Origin: Obrimoposthia wandeli
Lineage: Eukaryota
Assembly (NCBI GenBank): GCA_977020255.1
Contig: CDROCS010002694.1
Location: 620,001 to 684,000 of the forward strand
Reading direction: 5' to 3'
DNA length: 64,000 bases
Shown here: positions 59,191-64,000 of the stretch, in pieces
Layout: every line of letters begins with the position of its first letter
Position numbering within the stretch: the stretch's first letter is position 1
Translations under genes and position numbers: made by a program
The notes under the pieces: model-generated
Told to the model about the DNA's origin: nothing
What the model saw: the letters and a program-made list of their open reading frames with translations, nothing else
Database searches by the model: none

Positions 59191-60739
59191 TTGAGTTTAT
59201 TTGTTAAAAATAGTGAAATAATAATAACCAAATTGTTAACAAAAATGAAAATAACTGCTTCAAATTGTATTTCTAAGTATAGCTGCTCCAAGTTGTATTA
59301 ACCAAGTATAACAAGTATAACTGCTCAAATGCTTCAACTTGTATTTCTAAGTATAGCTGCTCCAAATTGTATTAACATATAATAACAACTAATAATCCGA
59401 TAATTTTATCACGTCAAAATTGTAAAAAGGGAATAATAATAATTGTTTTACATCTTCAATATATATACTCTCGAAATTTGAAAAAGAAAACAGATTATAG
59501 GTCTTATGAAAACGTATTTGAGAATTCAGTTTTAAAAAATTATAAAATTCACATAATTGAGATAAAGTTATCTTTGCGATCTATTTTTAACATACTATAT
59601 TCAGATAAGTTGATTCTGGCAATATATTGCACTTATCTGTATTGAACCTGATATTGTTTCTTTCAGTGATTCTACAAACTGCATTGGTGTAAACTATAAC
59701 CATTTGTCGGCTGCGGGCACTAAATAGGCGTTTATAAATTTGTAAGCCACAAAATGAAAATGTAATTTTTAAAAATAATTTCATATGTTTATTTAGAAAA
59801 TATTTTAGTTAAACTACAAATTCTTTTTAGATACAGATTCACTCAATATGTCACCTGTCACATTTTTAATACAAATGTCTAGTAGACCATCTTTGGTAAG
59901 CAGGACTGCCAATGTGGGATGAATTTGAACCTTGATAAAAAACTAACTTTAAAATAAAATCTCATAATTATTTAATAACGTAGGCGTTGCCACCGCCGAT
60001 ACAGTTCTAGAATTATGCCATCGTCGCTTTCAAAGCTATCGGCACTGTCAATTGTCACCTAAAATAGGTATAAGTTAATTGAAATTATAACAATTTTAAC
60101 AGCTGGCATTCAATTGCTTACCTAAGATGACGCCCATTATTTAGAAATTGGTGCATAAGATGCATTGACATGTCATGAGTTGTATCTCCAGTATCCTGTC
60201 TCCATTCTTGTGTATTTCATTCCTGATCAAGTCTTTTGATAAACCTAAGATTTATTTTTGTATAAATGCAAGATCATTGAAACGATATATTAAGAATTTA
60301 TAGTATAACTTAAATGATGTATGCAATGATTTCAAATACATTTTTCTTTATATAAAGAAAAATGTAATTTATTATAAACTTCTTTTACAGTGTGCTTATA
60401 TTTTTTGAGACAGACAGTTAATAAAAAAGTAAAAATAACAAGTACATGATTAGGAATCAAAGGAAAGAGTTTCCGTAATTTGCTTCTTCTACATTTATTT
60501 ATCTCGGGTATTGCAGTTGATATTTATCTTTCAAGGGCATTAGAATTAGCAAATTGAATATTATCGTAGACTGTTTCAGTAAGTTATTATGATACAACAT
60601 ATACTCGATAGTATTCAAATTTGGACTGTGGTGGGGTCATATAAGGGATTTTTTCAAGTTTTTTTCAAAGATTTTCTTCATAATACACGTACGTACACGA
60701 CTTATGACGGCCTGCTGTACAAAATCGTCTAAATTCAGT

Positions 60740-61260
60740 TTAACAATAGTGTTGGGGTTTCTATATGAAACTACTGGATAGATCCTCAGACGGAGGCCCC
60801 TAATATGAGTTCTATATAAATAGGGCTTGCAGTTGTTTGTGGCCTATTTAGATTTTGCTTACCTGTCTCAATGTCTAATCTGAAGGTTTGTTTTTTGCTT
60901 GAGATTGTGGAGTTGTATGAAGAGCTGTGTATATGACACTGGAAAAATTCCCTTAGTGTGGTGTAATGGATGGAATAGTTGGTATTTTCTTAAGCTCAAA
61001 TACTCGTTCAAAATAACGCTGTTTAAATTGTAGGAAAGCTTTATTATTGAAAACACACTATTTTACGTTTCTAAAAATGACAAACACGCTAATTGCTAAG
61101 TACTTCTTACTTGGCTTGGTTTCCTTTCCAAATTGGCGAATTCTGAATTATTGTCCTCGATTCGTTTATTTTTGGTCCTTATCAATCTTTCAAAATCCCT
61201 TCTAATACTCTCACACTACACACTTGACCTCTTAATAAAATTATAATAGTTTTTTTTTTA
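60740..61260 (-). repeat. LTR/leader-like repeat family, copy 3
   Basis: Matches blocks at ~27320-27390. Confidence 0.45.
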
Positions 61261-62149
61261 TTTTTAACCTTGCTTTCAAGGATTCATTTCACTATATAAT
61301 AATAATTATTTTTGAAAAATTATTAAAATCCTAACAATAGTCATCAAACTTTTCTTTAAAATATTAACATATTTACTTTTAAAAGGTAAATTAGGTAAAG
61401 CCATTAGCGAAATCATAATTTTTACCTCCACGAGATACTATTTTGTCGATGGTGACATTTATTTTCATAATGTATGTAGCATAGTCGTCAGGTACATCTA
61501 AACTGAAAACCTTTCGTCTGAAAATAGTTTTTAACCAATTATGTGAATCATATATCCACTGTTTAATGACATTCAAACTTGTCTTACACTGCATTTTGAA
61601 ATGTATTCTTTTATATTTCAGAATTAGTTTTGATCGTAATAATCGTCTTACTTTACATTTATATGCATTATTATTGTAATTTCTCCCAATTTTCGATAAT
61701 ATTTGCCTTCAACCATTCGTTAATGCGAAAAAAAATTTAATCAACATTTTTATTTGTCTAGAGATTATTGAGTATGGATTAATTTCTTAAATGGATTAAT
61801 TTCTTAATATCTGTTGCTATCAGGTCTTAATTGTATGATTATTAATCTCGTCGATTTTGGAAACATTCTAAAAAAATATAATAGTCTAAATTATAAATAT
61901 ATTTAAAATCAGAAATGCAATCTAAACAAAAATATTCTACATTTGATTTTTAAAATTTTGGAAAATTTCTGAAATATTATTTAAACAAACTACTATTATA
62001 TTGCTGTTATTATAGATTATATATGGAACCAATTAGTATTATTTTAAAAAAAATTAAATAATAGGTGTGTCAAAAAAACTTCATCGGGGTATATATCAAG
62101 CCATTGCAAATATAGGACGCGGTACAGTATAGCCAAAATATATTTGTCA

Positions 62150-62452
62150 AACTTACTAGGCTTTAACTATTATATTGTTGAAATTTAACTTTAATGTGAA
62201 ATTCTAACAATTTTTAGTCAATAGTGAGATAATCGTCGTATAATCGTCATAGATAAGCATTCAATTGTTTAAATATATATCTAACAAAAACAAGTGCATC
62301 CTTTCTGTCGCGTTGAAGAAGATCATCAAATCGAAGTAATTTCTTTATGTGGAGAAACATTTCACGAGATATGGCTGCACTTCAAAAATGAAATCCATCT
62401 CGATCATACCACAATTTTGAGGCAACTCCGTTTTTGGAATAAAATTCACCTG
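62150..62452 (-). mobile_element. piggyBac transposase relic
   Basis: LW..DG..AAISREMF..I..LLRFDD..R. Confidence 0.7.
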
Positions 62453-62949
62453 TAAAAATACTTTTTTATCATTTAAGAATCAAATAACGTACCCAATAAT
62501 ATAATAATGGAACACCAATGAGCCGTTAAAATTATAATAAATATAATTGTACATAGTAAAACATAACTAAATAATTTTAAATCGAAAAGCAAAATATTTT
62601 TTTAAAACTATAAAATATATATGTTTGGGGTGTCATCCCCTTGAAATATCAAAAGTATAAACATCAAAATCTTTTCAGATAACTTTATTGGACACAAACT
62701 TTCATAATTCTAATTGACAAACTTTCAACATAAATTCATATTAAATTTTGTTTTAATAATTATTTACTGCTAAGTAGTATTATTCCAACTATTGCCTCAT
62801 CGCAATATTTATTTTATAATTATTAAATGCATTATGCATTTATACATAATTAACATATAATGTATATTAATACATTATATAATTAAACAGTTCATCTTAA
62901 ACAATATATATTTTTATAAAAGAATCATAATTATATTCTTCTACATTTT

Positions 62950-63800
62950 TTACACAGTAATTTAGAAATTCTTTTCGTTGTGGAACTTATAATACTGTCT
63001 ATTGTTCTTTTATTGATTTCGGTCCATGCTGTGAATAATTTGATAAACTAGATAAATAACCGTTGAATGTTATTTGTCTTCTAACAAATAGTTTTGATAT
63101 TGACCAAACATTCTCCATGGGATAAATGTCAGCTGAGTTAGCAGGCCAGTCAATTCTTATTCCGGTGAAATTTTTAAAACCTTGAGTTCAATAACTTCTG
63201 TTTGATGATGCATTTTCCATATAAATCCAATTTGTTTTCGGATCACTTTTATCATTATCATTTATCATTGCAAACTTTAACACAACTTTCAGAATACATT
63301 TTTCAGACAAAATACGTAACTTAGTAAGGTCTCGTCCAAATAGCTACCCAAAATATTCAATCTACCCCAATGTCCTTGTACCAAGGATAAAATAATTTCT
63401 TCATTTTGATCGTTTTCAGATCTTATCCAAACTTTTATTCTCTCATATTGTTTCCATAACACAACGAATGTTTAGTCACCTCAAACTTATATACCATTGA
63501 TACTAGATCACTCCACATACAACGTGTCATTGCCCAAATTAATCTACGATACTTTTGTTTTATTAAATCAAATTATTTTTTTTACGTTTTGTGTTGTAAA
63601 ATTTAGCTTCATGTAAATGTCGTCTTATGGTTTTCATAGAAAACGTATATTAAAAGCTATTTGATCTTTAAGAACTTGAAAAACCATCAAAGAATTTATA
63701 TTGATTGTTCTGACAATTGCCATATTGCATCGTTGTGAGGTTTGCCTAGGTCTGCTATATTCTATCTTTTTATTTAATACAAAAAACTTGTATAATAATT
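62950..63800 (-). mobile_element. Tc1-like transposase relic
   Basis: DWPANSADIYPMENVW resembles the Tc1 WP.QSPDLNPIEN.W motif. Confidence 0.75.
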
Positions 63801-64000
63801 TTGGATTTTTCTTTTGATGATTTTTTGCTCTATGTTACTTTCATTATTTTGTAAATCTTAATTTGTCCCATTTGGAAAACCCGTTTGATTAAATATTTTG
63901 ACATCTAAAAAGAAATTGTTACATTAATAAAATTTAAAATTTATGAAATCAATAAAGTACAGATTATTCATACCACTCAAATATTATAATCATTTTTAAC

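Noticed and set aside
61391-61594. 67-aa ORF with a downstream splice-donor-like GT
   Set aside because: May be a host exon, but no domain or partner exon was identified.

Overview
AT-rich eukaryotic genomic DNA, probably from an animal, with very short GT-AG introns (25-50 nt). I cannot fix the lineage from sequence alone. Positions 1-24098 hold two related Polinton/Maverick (adintovirus-like) endogenous viruses. Element A (<1-16006) carries pPolB, adenain protease, major and minor capsid proteins, a chromodomain integrase, a packaging ATPase and small core genes. It appears to be inserted into the pPolB of element B (16007-24098), and B in turn interrupts the pol of a Ty3/gypsy retrotransposon (24099-~27170). 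The main candidate novel system is in element A. It encodes a spliced, two-repeat TATA-binding-protein (TBP)-like gene, and most structural and replication genes have a non-canonical TATA-like motif, TATAAACAA, 33-42 nt before their ATG. The TBP-like gene and the terminal gene of B instead have canonical TATATAAAG boxes with CCAAT boxes. This suggests a Polinton-encoded transcription switch, but the link is inference. Several viral genes are spliced (pPolB, protease, TBP-like, and a 4-exon terminal gene), so the ORF track misses their true structure. The remaining 40 kb contains a third pPolB relic, a six-exon host CUE+Smr (Cue2/N4BP2-like) gene, two U1C (SNRPC) copies, the first two exons of a PP2A catalytic subunit, stray Polinton termini and many decayed transposons (hAT, Tc1/mariner, pogo/Tigger, piggyBac, gypsy). 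One gypsy relic has a RING-like motif between gag and protease. I recognised no rRNA, tRNA or CRISPR array. All family assignments come from motif recognition by eye; no database searches were run.
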